A stretch of 64,000 nucleotides of DNA from an uncultured Actinomycetota bacterium (GTDB taxonomy: Bacteria; Actinomycetota; Actinomycetes; Propionibacteriales; Nocardioidaceae), in the NCBI GenBank assembly GCA_963843075.1, contig CAWJJD010000001.1:1531057-1595056 (forward strand). The letters run 5' to 3'. Below the pieces are notes generated by a model. The model was not told the DNA's origin, did not search any database, and saw only the letters and a list, made by a program, of their open reading frames with translations. The first letter of the stretch is position 1; each line of letters begins with the position of its first letter. The translations under genes and the position numbers were made by a program. Positions 51,366 to 64,000 of the stretch are shown here, in pieces.

Positions 51366-51457
51366 GCGGTTTGGCCGGGCGCCCGGCCAAACTGCCAGTG
51401 GAGGGGTGAAACTTCACCCCTCCACTGAAGGTTCAGCCGGGCGCCCGGCCAAACTGC
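51366..51457. repeat. REP-like double-hairpin element, family A, copy 2 plus a partial extra unit
   Basis: 51366-51438 is near-identical to 39175-39247 and is followed by gggcgcccggccaaactgc. Confidence 0.85.
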
Positions 51458-51484
51458 TGGACCGCCAAACTGCCGAACCAAGCC

Positions 51485-53087
51485 TCAGGCGACCGCTGGA
51501 GCCTCCGCCGGACCGTCGGTGGCGAGCTCCTCGTGCTTGACGTTGAGGAAGACCCAGGTCACCAGCGAGGCGACCACCATGAGCCCGGCCGCGAGCAGGA
51601 ACGCCGCGGTCGCACCTTCGGTGAACACCTGGTGGCCAGAGATCACCTGGGCGGCCTGCTGCTGGGCCTGGGAGAGGGCGGGGCCACCGGCGGCGGCTGC
51701 CTTCTGGGCGGCTGACTGCAGTACGCCGACCCGGTCGTCGATCGTCTGGGTGGCGATCGTGCCGAGCAGCGAGAGCCCGAGGGCGCCGCCGACCTGCTGC
51801 ATCGTGTTGAGTACGCCGGACCCGATGCCGGTGTCCTCGTTGCGCAGGTGATGCACGGCCGTCAGCGTCAACGGCACGAACGTCATGCCCATGCCGAAGG
51901 ACATCAGCAAGATGAACGGCAGCAGGTCGGTCAGGTAGCTGCCCTGCACGTCGGTCACCGGGAACGACGTGTCGAACGGCAGCCGCGAGAAGCCCCAGAG
52001 AGCGCCCGGCGGCCATCAGTGTGCCGATGCCGGCGAGATACTTCGGGTCGATCCGGTTCACCAGGCTGGAGGAGATGCCGGCAGCCGCCACCAGGCCGAA
52101 GCAGAACGGCAGGAACGCCACGCCTGCCTTGATCGGGCTGAAGCCCATCACGGTCTGGATGTACTGGCTGAGGTAGAAGAACATCGCGAACATCGCCGCA
52201 GGCGCGAAGAACATCGCCACGAAGCTCGCCGCACGGGTGCGGTTCATGAACACGCGCACCGGCAGCAGCGGGTGCTTGATGCGGCGCTCGGTCAGCAGGA
52301 AGACGACGATCAGCGCGACACCGGCGACCAGGCTGGCGACCGTCCAGGTGTCGCCCCAGCCGTCGGTGCCGGCGCGGCTCAGGCCGTAGACCAGGCCGAG
52401 CAGGCCCAGGGTGCCGGTGAAGGCGCCGGGCAGGTCGAGCTCACCGGGGTGCGACTCGGACTCGGCCAGGAAGCGCGGCGCGAGGAGGGCTGTGACGATG
52501 CCGATCGGGGTGTTGATCAGCAGGGTCAGGCGCCAGCCCTCGACGTCGAGGCCGAAGAAGCTGTCCATGCCGGTCAGCCAGCCGCCGAGCAGCAGGCCCA
52601 CGGCCGCGCCCACACCGGACATGGCGGCGTAGATCGCGAACGCGCGGTTGCGCAGCGGGCCTGCCGGGAAGGTCGTGGTGATCAGCGCGAGAGCAGCCGG
52701 TGAGGCCAGCGCGGCGCCGAGACCCTGCAGGCCACGGGCGGCGAGCAGCAGACCCTCGTTGGTGGCGAGGCCACCGAGCAGGGAGGCGACGCCGAAGACG
52801 ATGAGGCCGATCATGAAGACCCTGCGCCGTCCGAAGAGGTCACCGAGGCGGCCACCGAGCAGGAGCAGGCTGCCGAACGCCAGCGCGTAGCCGGTGACGA
52901 TCCAGCGCAGGTTGGCGCTGGAGATGTCCAGGTCCTGCTGGATGAAGGGCAGCGCGATGTTCACGATGGTGCCGTCGAGCACCACCATCAGTTGAGCGAT
53001 CGAGATGAGCACGAGCGCCCATCCGAGGCGGGAGTGGCCCTTGGGGGCGCCTGTGGGCGCTTCCGGGGCCGCAGTGACGTCGGTCAT
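51485..53087 (-). pseudogene. DHA2-family MFS drug/H+ antiporter, frameshifted at ~52006 (extra G; possibly an error)
   Basis: LMVVLDGTIVNIALP, GGRLGDLFGRRR and RGLQGLG. Removing one G restores ATG GCC GCC GGC GCT CTC TGG GGC (MAAGALWG) into the C-terminal frame. Confidence 0.85.
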
Positions 53088-53762
53088 GAGGTCCTTGCTT
53101 TCTTGTCGTCCGGGCTGGTGCGGTCGGGGTTGCCGGCCTTCTCTTGGTGCTGACGTACGCCGGCGGCGGGGTGGCCCACTGCCGGAAGGATCACGTGGTC
53201 GATCGCCCGCTCGACGGTCTCGTCGTCGGGGACGATCCCGAGCACGAAGGAGCGGTGGAGCAGGATGCCCGCGAGGGCGGGGGCGATCATGTCGATGTCG
53301 ACGTCGGCCGGGATCTCACCGCGCTCGATGGCACGGTGATAGATCTCGCGCGACACGGCGACCTTCGGGGCGATGAACGCCTCACGGAAGCGCTTGGCGA
53401 ACTCGGGGTCGCTGGAGAGTGCGGTGATCACGGAGCCGAGTGCCCCGGTCGCCGTCGGAGTGGCTCATCCCGTGGGAGCCGCAGAAGGTGCTGATCAGGT
53501 CGCCGCGCAGGGTGCCGGTGTCGTGGTTCTCGATCACCGGCGCCTGCTTGGCGCGGACCATCGCATCGACCACGAGGCTGGGCTTGTCCGCCCAGCGCCG
53601 GTAGAGCGTGGCCTTGCTGGCCCGGGCGCGGCGCGCGGCGGCGTCCATCGTGAGCCGGTCGTAGCCCACCTCGAGCAGCAGCTCGAGGGTCGCGTCGAGG
53701 ATCTCGTCCTCGCGGTCGCCCTCGATCCGGGGACGAGATCCCACGATGGTCGGCTTGCGCAC
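53084..53762 (-). pseudogene. TetR/AcrR-family regulator, frameshifted at ~53457 (extra base; possibly an error)
   Basis: ILDATLELLLEVGYDRLTMDAAARRARASKATLYRRW and DTGTLRGDL. The C-terminal half (GSVITALSSDPEF...) is in a shifted frame. Confidence 0.85.
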
Positions 53763-53791
53763 GTGAGGCCCCCTGTCCGGTGCTGTGGGTG

Positions 53792-53818
53792 GATGAAACG
53801 AAACCGTTTCGTTTCATC
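53792..53818. promoter_or_regulatory. Perfect 13-bp-arm palindrome upstream of tetR-MFS (likely TetR operator)
   Basis: GATGAAACGAAAC-C-GTTTCGTTTCATC. Confidence 0.75.
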
Positions 53819-53920
53819 GAGCGTAGGACGGCAACCGGGTGATGCGAAGATCCATTCCCACTGGTCCAGAAAGTTTTGGCCCAGTAGGTGCGCAGGCGGT
53901 GAGCAGCGGGTTCGGCCCGC

Positions 53921-54682
53921 CTAGGGCTGGGTGTCGCCGGGCGCCGGGACCTGGCTCTCGGCGGGGGGAACGGGGTTCGGGTCCGTGGACGGAGTCGGTG
54001 TCGGGGCGACCGACGGCTCCGGGTCCTGCGGCTGCTGGGGCTGCTCGGAGGGAGCCTCCGACGGCTCCGGGGTGACCGGTGTCTTGTCGGTCGGCTCGTC
54101 GTCCTGCTTCGAGGAGCTGTCGTTGCCGATGACGTGACCGACGGTCGTCCCCTTGCCGCTGTCGTGCCCGAAGAGGGAGGCGATCGGCTTCCCGGTCACT
54201 GCTTCCACCACGGTGATCCCGGCCATCCCGGCGATCATCACGGCGAGGCTGGCGAGCGCGAGCTTGGCCCAGGGGAGATCCCTCCAACGGGACTGCTCAC
54301 CGGTGTCGGGATCATCGAGAGCACCGGCGTCGACGATGGGATCGCGAGCTGACGAGCCGTCCAGCGGCGACGCCTGCCCGGACTCACCCTCGCGCAGCGG
54401 TCCGTCGACCACGGTGCGTGGCAGGGCCCCGGTGAGAAGCGACCGCTGCCTGACGAGCACAGCGGTCCGTCTCGCGGCCTCGCTGGTGCGTCGCAGCGAC
54501 CAGGTGTACGTCGCCCCACCCACGGTGAAGATGACGCTGCCGACCGCAGCTCCGATCAGGGTGCCCGCCGTACCGGCCCACGAGGCGAAGAACGCGACCG
54601 ACGTGGCGGCGAGCGCGCTGCCCACCACCTGGGCCGCGGAGAGTCCCAGGGCCGGGGGTTTCTTCTCGTTCTCGTCTGTCAT
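53921..54682 (-). CDS. Membrane protein with a Pro/acidic-rich C-terminal tail
   Basis: Three hydrophobic segments, then a PEP/PSE-rich tail. Confidence 0.7.
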   Translation of the reverse strand: MTDENEKKPPALGLSAAQVVGSALAATSVAFFASWAGTAGTLIGAAVGSVIFTVGGATYTWSLRRTSEAARRTAVLVRQRSLLTGALPRTVVDGPLREGESGQASPLDGSSARDPIVDAGALDDPDTGEQSRWRDLPWAKLALASLAVMIAGMAGITVVEAVTGKPIASLFGHDSGKGTTVGHVIGNDSSSKQDDEPTDKTPVTPEPSEAPSEQPQQPQDPEPSVAPTPTPSTDPNPVPPAESQVPAPGDTQP

Positions 54683-54786
54683 TGCTTCCTGGAAGGTCGG
54701 GGGTGCCTACCTCAGTAGGACGAGGCAGCGGGTCCATCGGTTTCCGGTCCCAGCGTGACATGGGACACCCGGAGACCGCGGGTGGG

Positions 54787-56181
54787 TCAGTCGGCCACGC
54801 AGGTGGGCCGCTCGACCACTGGCTCACGCGTGGTGCGCCGCCACAGCTGGGGCGCGAGCACGACCAGGCCCAGCAGCGGCAGCACGGTCAGGATCGACAG
54901 CGCCGGGGCCATCCCGAGCACGTCGCCCAGACCCCCGACCACGGCCGAGCCGACCCCGCCGCCGACCAGGAAGAAGAGGGTGGCGATGCCCAGCGCCACG
55001 CCGCGCACGTCTTCGTGCACCGCGTCACCGACAGCCTCCATCAGAGCCGGCTGGCCCAGGCCGAAGGCGAAGGTCACGGCCACCACGGCGACGACGAGCA
55101 GCACCGCGGACTCCTGGTGGGCACCCAGGGCGGCGACGGCGAGTGCGACGACGGCCACCAGGGCGGCGAGGGCGAGCGCACTCGTCGGCCCGACCCGGTT
55201 GAGCAGCGGCCCGGCGATCCGCGGGGACAGCAGACCCATCGCGGCGCTGGGCACCAGTGCGACTCCCACCTCCCACGGCTCCCAGCCGGTGCCGACGAGG
55301 ACCGCCGGCACGGCGATCAGCAGGGCGAACCACGCGGCGGGGACGGCTGCGGCGGCCAGTGCGCTCCGGACGACCACGGCGTTGCGGATGACCTCGACGG
55401 GCAGGAAGCCCGCGGGCCGGTGGCGGATCCAGCCGGCCACAGCGGGCAGACCGAGGACGGCGAGCGCGGCGCCGACGACCGCCACCACGGATCCCGTCGC
55501 CGGCGACTGCACGAGCAGCACGACTCCGGCGGCGGTCGCGGCCACCAGGACGGCCCCGAACAGGTCGAGGCGTGCACCGCTTCCGTTGGTCGGGACCCAG
55601 CGCCACAGCAGGGGCAGCATCAGCGCACCGAGCATCGGCAGCGCGATCACCACGCGCCACCCGAGCAGACCTTCGACCGCGCCGCCCGCCAGCGGTCCGA
55701 GGCAGCTCACCGCTGCGGCGATACCGGCCACGCGGCCGAGGGCGACGCCGCGTGCGCGACCCGAGAAGCGTGTGGTGACGATGGCCACCCCCAAGGTCGG
55801 TACGGCGGCGGCGCCGGCCCCCTGCAGGATCCTGGCGCCGACCAGCACGTCGAAGTTGGGCGCGAGTGCCCCGAGGAAGGCCCCCGTCGTCATCAGGCCG
55901 ACTCCGACCATCAGGGGAAGGCGCTGCCCGACCAGGTCGGAGATGCGGCCGTAGACCGCGGTGGCGACGGCGAGCATCAGCGCGTAGAGGCTGATCGCCC
56001 AGGCGCCGACCCCGATGCTGACGCCGAGGTCGGCACCGATGACCGGCAGCGCGATCGCGGCCGACGAGCTGCCCAGCCCGGTGAGCCCGAAGAGCAGGCC
56101 GACGAGGATCGGGACATGAGCGCCCCCGGTGGTGGCGGGGGCGCTGGTGCTCGTCGCGGTCGCAGTGGCGGAAGAAGACAT
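54787..56181 (-). CDS. MFS transporter (14-TM, drug resistance-like)
   Basis: GGAGG RBS; YGRISDLVGQR and ARILQGAG; hydrophobic throughout. Confidence 0.85.
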   Translation of the reverse strand: MSSSATATATSTSAPATTGGAHVPILVGLLFGLTGLGSSSAAIALPVIGADLGVSIGVGAWAISLYALMLAVATAVYGRISDLVGQRLPLMVGVGLMTTGAFLGALAPNFDVLVGARILQGAGAAAVPTLGVAIVTTRFSGRARGVALGRVAGIAAAVSCLGPLAGGAVEGLLGWRVVIALPMLGALMLPLLWRWVPTNGSGARLDLFGAVLVAATAAGVVLLVQSPATGSVVAVVGAALAVLGLPAVAGWIRHRPAGFLPVEVIRNAVVVRSALAAAAVPAAWFALLIAVPAVLVGTGWEPWEVGVALVPSAAMGLLSPRIAGPLLNRVGPTSALALAALVAVVALAVAALGAHQESAVLLVVAVVAVTFAFGLGQPALMEAVGDAVHEDVRGVALGIATLFFLVGGGVGSAVVGGLGDVLGMAPALSILTVLPLLGLVVLAPQLWRRTTREPVVERPTCVAD

Positions 56182-56235
56182 TGCCTCCGACAACCAATGC
56201 GGCGGCCACGGCATTCCGCTCGCGCGCGATCGGTC

Positions 56236-59483
<3,248 letters not shown>

Positions 59484-59637
59484 GACCAGCTCCCTCCCAG
59501 CGAAGGGATGTCCCGCAGGCGCCCGATCGGCATGGTCGCGGCCGGGACGGTCGGGGACTCCCGAAGCCGTTTCGTCATCTGGCATAACTGCAGTTCAGGG
59601 GCGGTTTTCTGTCGGTGGCGGGTGCCTGAATTCGTTC

Positions 59638-60661
59638 ATGAGCAGCCAGCCGATCGACCGCCTCCACCCGGTGGTGGAGTTCGCCGACAGGCTTGCTCAC
59701 CGGCTCGACTCGCTGGCCGGGGTGCCCACGGTGTCGATGACCGCGGAGGACAAGCGTCGCGCAGGCCCGGGCGATCGTCGCCTCGCTGGCGCGGCTGCCG
59801 CGGACCGGTGGGTTCGCGGTCAGCAGCGAGCAGCGCCGCCGGGCCGAAGCTCATCTGGTCGGACTGGCCGCGCACCACGACGCCAAGGAGCTGCGGATCC
59901 TCGGGCGGCGAATCCTCGAGGTGGTCGCCCCCGACCTGGCGGAGGCGTTCGAAGGACGTGCGCTCGAGGCCGAGGAAGCCCGGGCACAGCAGCGCACGAC
60001 GCTGGTGATGTGGGATGACGACGAAGGCACCACCCACGGTCGCTTCCGGATCCCCACCGCGCAGGGGCAGATGCTCACCAAGATGATCCTGGCGCTGTGC
60101 AACCCGGCCCGGTCAAGGCCGACTGACATCGACACCGATCTGCCCACCCCGGTGCGTCACGGCGTCGCGCTGTGCCAGCTGATCGAGGCCGTCCCCGCCA
60201 AGTCTCTGCCGAAGGCGGGTGGCTGCAGCGCGACCGTGGTCGTCACCATGACGCTGGAGCAGCTGCTGGCCGGCCTCGACGCCGCCGGGGTGTGCGCCCT
60301 GGACACCGGCGGGCGCGTCTCTGCCGCCCAGGCCCGGCGCCTGGCGTGCCAGGCGGGGATCATCCCCGCCGTCCTCGGCGGCAAGTCGCAGGTCCTCGAC
60401 CTGGGCCGCAGGGCCCGCGGCTACAGCGAGCACCAGCGCATCGCTCTGGGCCTCACGCAGGGCGGCTGCACCAGCGAGGGCTGCCAGACGCCGGCGGGGA
60501 TGTGCCACGCCCACCACGACGTTCCCTGGCGCGACGGCGGACCCACCGACCTCCCCAACGGCCGCCTGCTCTGCCCCCACCACCACCGCCGCATCCACGA
60601 CCCCCGCTACGTGTCCACACGATTGCCTAACAGCAAGGTCAGGTTTCACCGGCGGGAGTGA
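59638..60661 (+). pseudogene. DUF222 + HNH endonuclease (13E12-repeat-like) with an internal deletion/frameshift near 59760
   Basis: Frame 1 gives MSSQPIDRLHPVVEFADRL...KRRA. A shifted frame gives AQARAIV...EAHLVGLAAHHDAKELRILGRR...CHAHHDVPWRDGGPTDLPNGRLLCPHHH. Confidence 0.8.
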
Positions 60662-60723
60662 GGGAGAGGTGGCCACGGGCGTGGCCGGCTCCGCGGAGCC
60701 ACCAAGCGGCTGGATAATGCCCC

Positions 60724-61215
60724 ATGGGAGTTGCGAGGAGCGGTCGTGCCCGACGCGTCCGACCGGCGGCAGACGTCGCAGCAAGGGATGGCCGAGGACC
60801 TGGTTATTCGAGTGCGTTCGCAGTCGACGTCGCCGATGCCGACGCCCAACCGGCCGAGCAATGGGCAAGGACCACCTTGGAAGGCGCTCCGCGACCCCTC
60901 CGCTGGTTCGTCTTCGTCGGTTGGAAGTTCGTGCTGCTTCTTCGGTTGGCACCGCGAGGCACGCCCGGCACTGTTGCGGGCTGGACGGTGGTCGGGAGCG
61001 CGACGCCGGCTTCGATCACCCTCGAGGTGAGCTCGAGCCTGGTCAGCGCGCGCAAGGTGGTGCGCGTCGAAGGCGACCGGGTGACGCTGGCCACCTACGT
61101 CTGGTACGAGCGCACGCTGGGTCGAGTGCTCTGGTCAGCCCTCGCACCCGTCCACCACCGCATCGAGCCCCTGCTCATCACGTCGGCAGCGTCCCGCGCT
61201 CGAAGTCACCCATAG
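60724..61215 (+). CDS. DUF2867-like protein
   Basis: YSSAFAV, AEQWAR and TYVWYERTLGRVLWSALAPVHHRI; GATAAT lies 5 nt before the ATG. Confidence 0.6.
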   Translation: MGVARSGRARRVRPAADVAARDGRGPGYSSAFAVDVADADAQPAEQWARTTLEGAPRPLRWFVFVGWKFVLLLRLAPRGTPGTVAGWTVVGSATPASITLEVSSSLVSARKVVRVEGDRVTLATYVWYERTLGRVLWSALAPVHHRIEPLLITSAASRARSHP

Positions 61216-61327
61216 CCTCTCGCGATCGCTCAGACTGGGTGCTCGCCTGATGGGTGCGCACCCCGGTGGCGGAATGCAGCCCGTCGAGACTGACGTCGGA
61301 GCACGTGGTCGGCCCTCGACCTCGACG

Positions 61328-61708
61328 TCAGGCGAGGTAGGCCGTCATGCGGATCGAGACGAGCAGTCCTGCTATCTCGGCTCCCAGCCTGGCCGCGTAT
61401 CGCGTCGGTGGATCAGTCGGGAACCACCGGGCGTACTCCTCGTTCATGCCGGCGAAGTCCCCGGGGTCGGTGAGCAGCACGCCCACCTCGACGACGTCCT
61501 CGAGCGTCGCGCCGGCCTCCAGAAGGATGGCTACGCAGTTCGCCAGCGCCTGGCGGGTCTGGGCCTGGATGGTGTCACCGGCCATTCGACCGGTGCTCGG
61601 GTCGAGACCGGTGGTTCCCGAGATGAAGACCTGGGAGCCGGCCTTGACTCCCTGGCTGAACAGTGGCGAGCTCGGTGCGTTCGGTGTCGTGATGATCTGC
61701 CGTGGCAT
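61328..61708 (-). CDS. RidA/YjgF/UK114 family protein
   Basis: FSQGVKAGSQVFISG, QTRQALAN, MNEEYARWF and PPTR; GGAGG RBS. Confidence 0.9.
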   Translation of the reverse strand: MPRQIITTPNAPSSPLFSQGVKAGSQVFISGTTGLDPSTGRMAGDTIQAQTRQALANCVAILLEAGATLEDVVEVGVLLTDPGDFAGMNEEYARWFPTDPPTRYAARLGAEIAGLLVSIRMTAYLA

Positions 61709-61881
61709 CTGGGACCTCCTGGTTGATCGTCGCACTCGCCGAAGGTCTGGGGAAGGTCCTCCGGCGGGCCGTGGCGGAGGCGCTGATGGGGCGGGACCCG
61801 GGTGTGGGTCTTCGTCGATGCCTCGGGGCGGGCTGCGGGGTTCGGGTGAGAATGGACCTCCCAACGTTCGGAGGGTCCCTC

Positions 61882-62904
61882 GTGCGTGCTGTTCTGCTCA
61901 CCCGCTTCGGTGGTCCCGAGGTCCTGGAGCTGGGCGACGTCGCACCCGTGGCCCCAGGACCCGACGAGGTCGTCGTCGAGGTCGCGGCGGTGTCGATCAA
62001 CAACACCGACGTCTGGACGAGGTCGGGGGCCTACGGCGTGGACGAGCCTGCCGGTTGGCTCGGTCCGATCGACTTCCCTCGGGTCCTGGGTGCCGACGTG
62101 TGCGGCTACGTCACCGAGGTGGGAGCGAGCGTGGGCCAGGATCGCGTGGGGCGTCGGGTGCTGCTGGATCCCGTGCTGCGCTACAGCGAGGGTCCCGAGC
62201 CGCTCGTGAAAGCGGTCCTGGGAAGCGAGGCCGATGGTGGGTATGCCCAGCAGGTGGTGGTGCGGGCCGAGCGGGCTCACGACGTGACCGGCTCGCCGCT
62301 GACCGACGAGCAGCTGGCGTGCCTTCCGATCTCCTACGGCACGGCCACCGGGATGCTGGAACGCGCGCGGGTTCGATCAGGTGAGACCGTGCTGGTCACC
62401 GGTGCCTCGGGTGGCGTCGGGTTGGCGTTGGTGGGGCTCGCGGCAAGACGTGGGGCACGGGTGATCGCCCTGAGCTCCAGCGGCAAGGCCGATGCTGTCC
62501 GCCAGGCGGGGGCCGACCACGTCCTTGACCGGAACCAGGGTGACATCGGCGAGCAGCTGGGAGAGCTGGTTCCCACCGGGGTGGACGCGGTCACCGACGT
62601 CGTGGCCGGGGGGCTCATCGCCACCGTGATGCCGCACGTCCGTGCCGGCGGTCGCTGGGTGGTCGCCGGCGCCGTGGCGGGGCCGGTGATCGAGCTCGAC
62701 CTCCGCCGCCTCTATCTGCGTTCGATCTCCCTGCTCGGATCGACGATGCACACCCCCGACCAGTTCCAGGTCCTGGTAGCCGCGGCCAACGCCGGCGAGG
62801 TGACGCCGGTGGTGGCACGCTCCTTCCCCCTCGAGGAGGTTCGGGCCGCGCACGAGGAGTTCGAACGCCGTGGGCACGTCGGCAAGCTCATCCTCGTGCC
62901 GTGA
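61882..62904 (+). CDS. MDR-family (zinc-type alcohol dehydrogenase/quinone reductase-like) oxidoreductase
   Basis: MRAVLLTRFGGPEVL, VLGADVCG, VLVTGASGGVG and GHVGKLIL. Confidence 0.9.
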   Translation: MRAVLLTRFGGPEVLELGDVAPVAPGPDEVVVEVAAVSINNTDVWTRSGAYGVDEPAGWLGPIDFPRVLGADVCGYVTEVGASVGQDRVGRRVLLDPVLRYSEGPEPLVKAVLGSEADGGYAQQVVVRAERAHDVTGSPLTDEQLACLPISYGTATGMLERARVRSGETVLVTGASGGVGLALVGLAARRGARVIALSSSGKADAVRQAGADHVLDRNQGDIGEQLGELVPTGVDAVTDVVAGGLIATVMPHVRAGGRWVVAGAVAGPVIELDLRRLYLRSISLLGSTMHTPDQFQVLVAAANAGEVTPVVARSFPLEEVRAAHEEFERRGHVGKLILVP

Positions 62905-62978
62905 CGGCAGGGACGGCGACCGCGGCCGTGCCATTCGTCGGGGCACAGGGGCCGTTCATCGGGGCGCGGTGCCCTGCC

Positions 62979-63917
62979 TCAGCGTGAGGCCGCCACCACC
63001 AGGTCCGCCACCGCAGCCTGCTCGTTGGCAAACGGGTGGTAGCGCGCGGCCCTCTTCTCGTCGTTGACCGAGCCGTTGATCCAGGGGTCCTTGGAGCAGA
63101 TGTCGTGGCCCTTGCTGGCCTTCCAGACGTCGACGTAGGTCGCACCCGTGGCCTTCGCGGCGCGGTGCAGCATCTCGGTGAGGGCGAAGTTGACCTTCTC
63201 CGCGTAGGCGTAGTCACCCTTCGCCAGCGGCAGCTCGGAACAGGCGTCGTCGGGGGAGACGATCTGCGGATAGCCGACCACCAGCACCTTGGCCTTCGGC
63301 AGCTTCTGGCGCACCTGGCGGACCAGGGCGGTGACCCGGGTGCCGGTGCGCTTCAGGGCGGTGAGCAGCTCGTCGGAGCCGCCGGCCCCCATGGCCACGC
63401 GACAGGGATCGCCCTGGGGGTCCTTGGCCCTCAGGGCGGGGCAGCGGCCCACGAGGCGGGCGAAGACGGTGTCGTCGTTGCCGCCGACGCCGATCGTGAC
63501 CAGGTCGACCCCGGGCTTGATCGCGGAGAGCTGTCGGGGCACGTCGGGGAACTGGCTCCTGGTGAAGTCGGTCGTCTTAGCGCCGCCACAGCTGCGGTCG
63601 TCGAGCTCGGCACCCAGCTTCTTGGCCACGAGCGAGGGGTAGTTGTTCGACGAGCGGAAGCAGCCGTCGGCGACGTCGGTGACCGGCACCAGCGGCGCGG
63701 AGACGTAGGAGTCGCCGAGGGCGACGTACTTCAACGTCGGGGGCGTGCCGGCGCCATCCTCGGGCGCGTCCGTGGAGGTCGAGTCACCACGGTCCGGCGG
63801 TGGCGCGGCCTCGCTCTTCGAGGACAGCGAGCAGCCGCTCAGCGTCAAGAGGAGCGCGCTGAACAGGCACGTGAGGAGCACCGTCCACCGTCGGGGTGCT
63901 GTTGCGCGCGCGTCCAT
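62979..63917 (-). CDS. SGNH/GDSL hydrolase, lipoprotein
   Basis: Lipobox LSGC; block I ALGDSY; GVGGND; block V RYHP. Confidence 0.9.
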   Translation of the reverse strand: MDARATAPRRWTVLLTCLFSALLLTLSGCSLSSKSEAAPPPDRGDSTSTDAPEDGAGTPPTLKYVALGDSYVSAPLVPVTDVADGCFRSSNNYPSLVAKKLGAELDDRSCGGAKTTDFTRSQFPDVPRQLSAIKPGVDLVTIGVGGNDDTVFARLVGRCPALRAKDPQGDPCRVAMGAGGSDELLTALKRTGTRVTALVRQVRQKLPKAKVLVVGYPQIVSPDDACSELPLAKGDYAYAEKVNFALTEMLHRAAKATGATYVDVWKASKGHDICSKDPWINGSVNDEKRAARYHPFANEQAAVADLVVAASR

Positions 63918-64000
63918 GGGCCTCCTGCCTGCTGACACCAGACGGTAGCCCGCTGGTGGTGGCGGTCGTTGCCTGCGCGACCGTGGATCGTGCCCACCAG

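Noticed and set aside
49630-53470. Programmed ribosomal frameshifting as an explanation for the split genes
   Set aside because: There are no slippery heptamers or stimulatory structures, these families are not known to be recoded, and the clustering points to indel errors or decay.

Overview
This is a GC-rich actinobacterial chromosome segment; gene content and synteny suggest a Nocardioides-like organism (inference). It is mostly housekeeping. From left to right: the N-terminal ~2220 codons of a mycobacterial-type multidomain fatty acid synthase I (running off the left edge), an SDR, an 886-aa FAD/NAD(P)-oxidoreductase-TPR fusion, dinB-like, acyl-CoA carboxylase alpha, MarR, isobutyryl-CoA mutase large subunit (F/Q determinants), YbdK ligase, an esterase, an orphan MASE1 kinase, YbbN and a secreted 7-blade RCC1/PKD protein. 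Next comes a complete GlgE alpha-glucan locus (glgB-mak-treS-glgE, glgP, glgX) interrupted by an M36 peptidase. The conserved block ech-etfBA-iscS-mnmA-metE-like-ligA follows, with inserted efflux and stress genes, and then an accessory tail (DUF222-HNH remnant, RidA, MDR, SGNH lipoprotein). I found no rRNA, tRNA, CRISPR array or transposase. The most unusual features are the oxidoreductase-TPR fusion with its own dyad, FAS-I clustered with the carboxylase and ICM genes, three families of REP-like palindromes, three identically spaced TGTCGG-N10 (PafBC-type) promoters, and several operator-like dyads. Four single-base frameshifts (dinB-like, mnmA, MFS, TetR) may be sequencing errors. Family assignments come from motif recognition by eye, not database searches.
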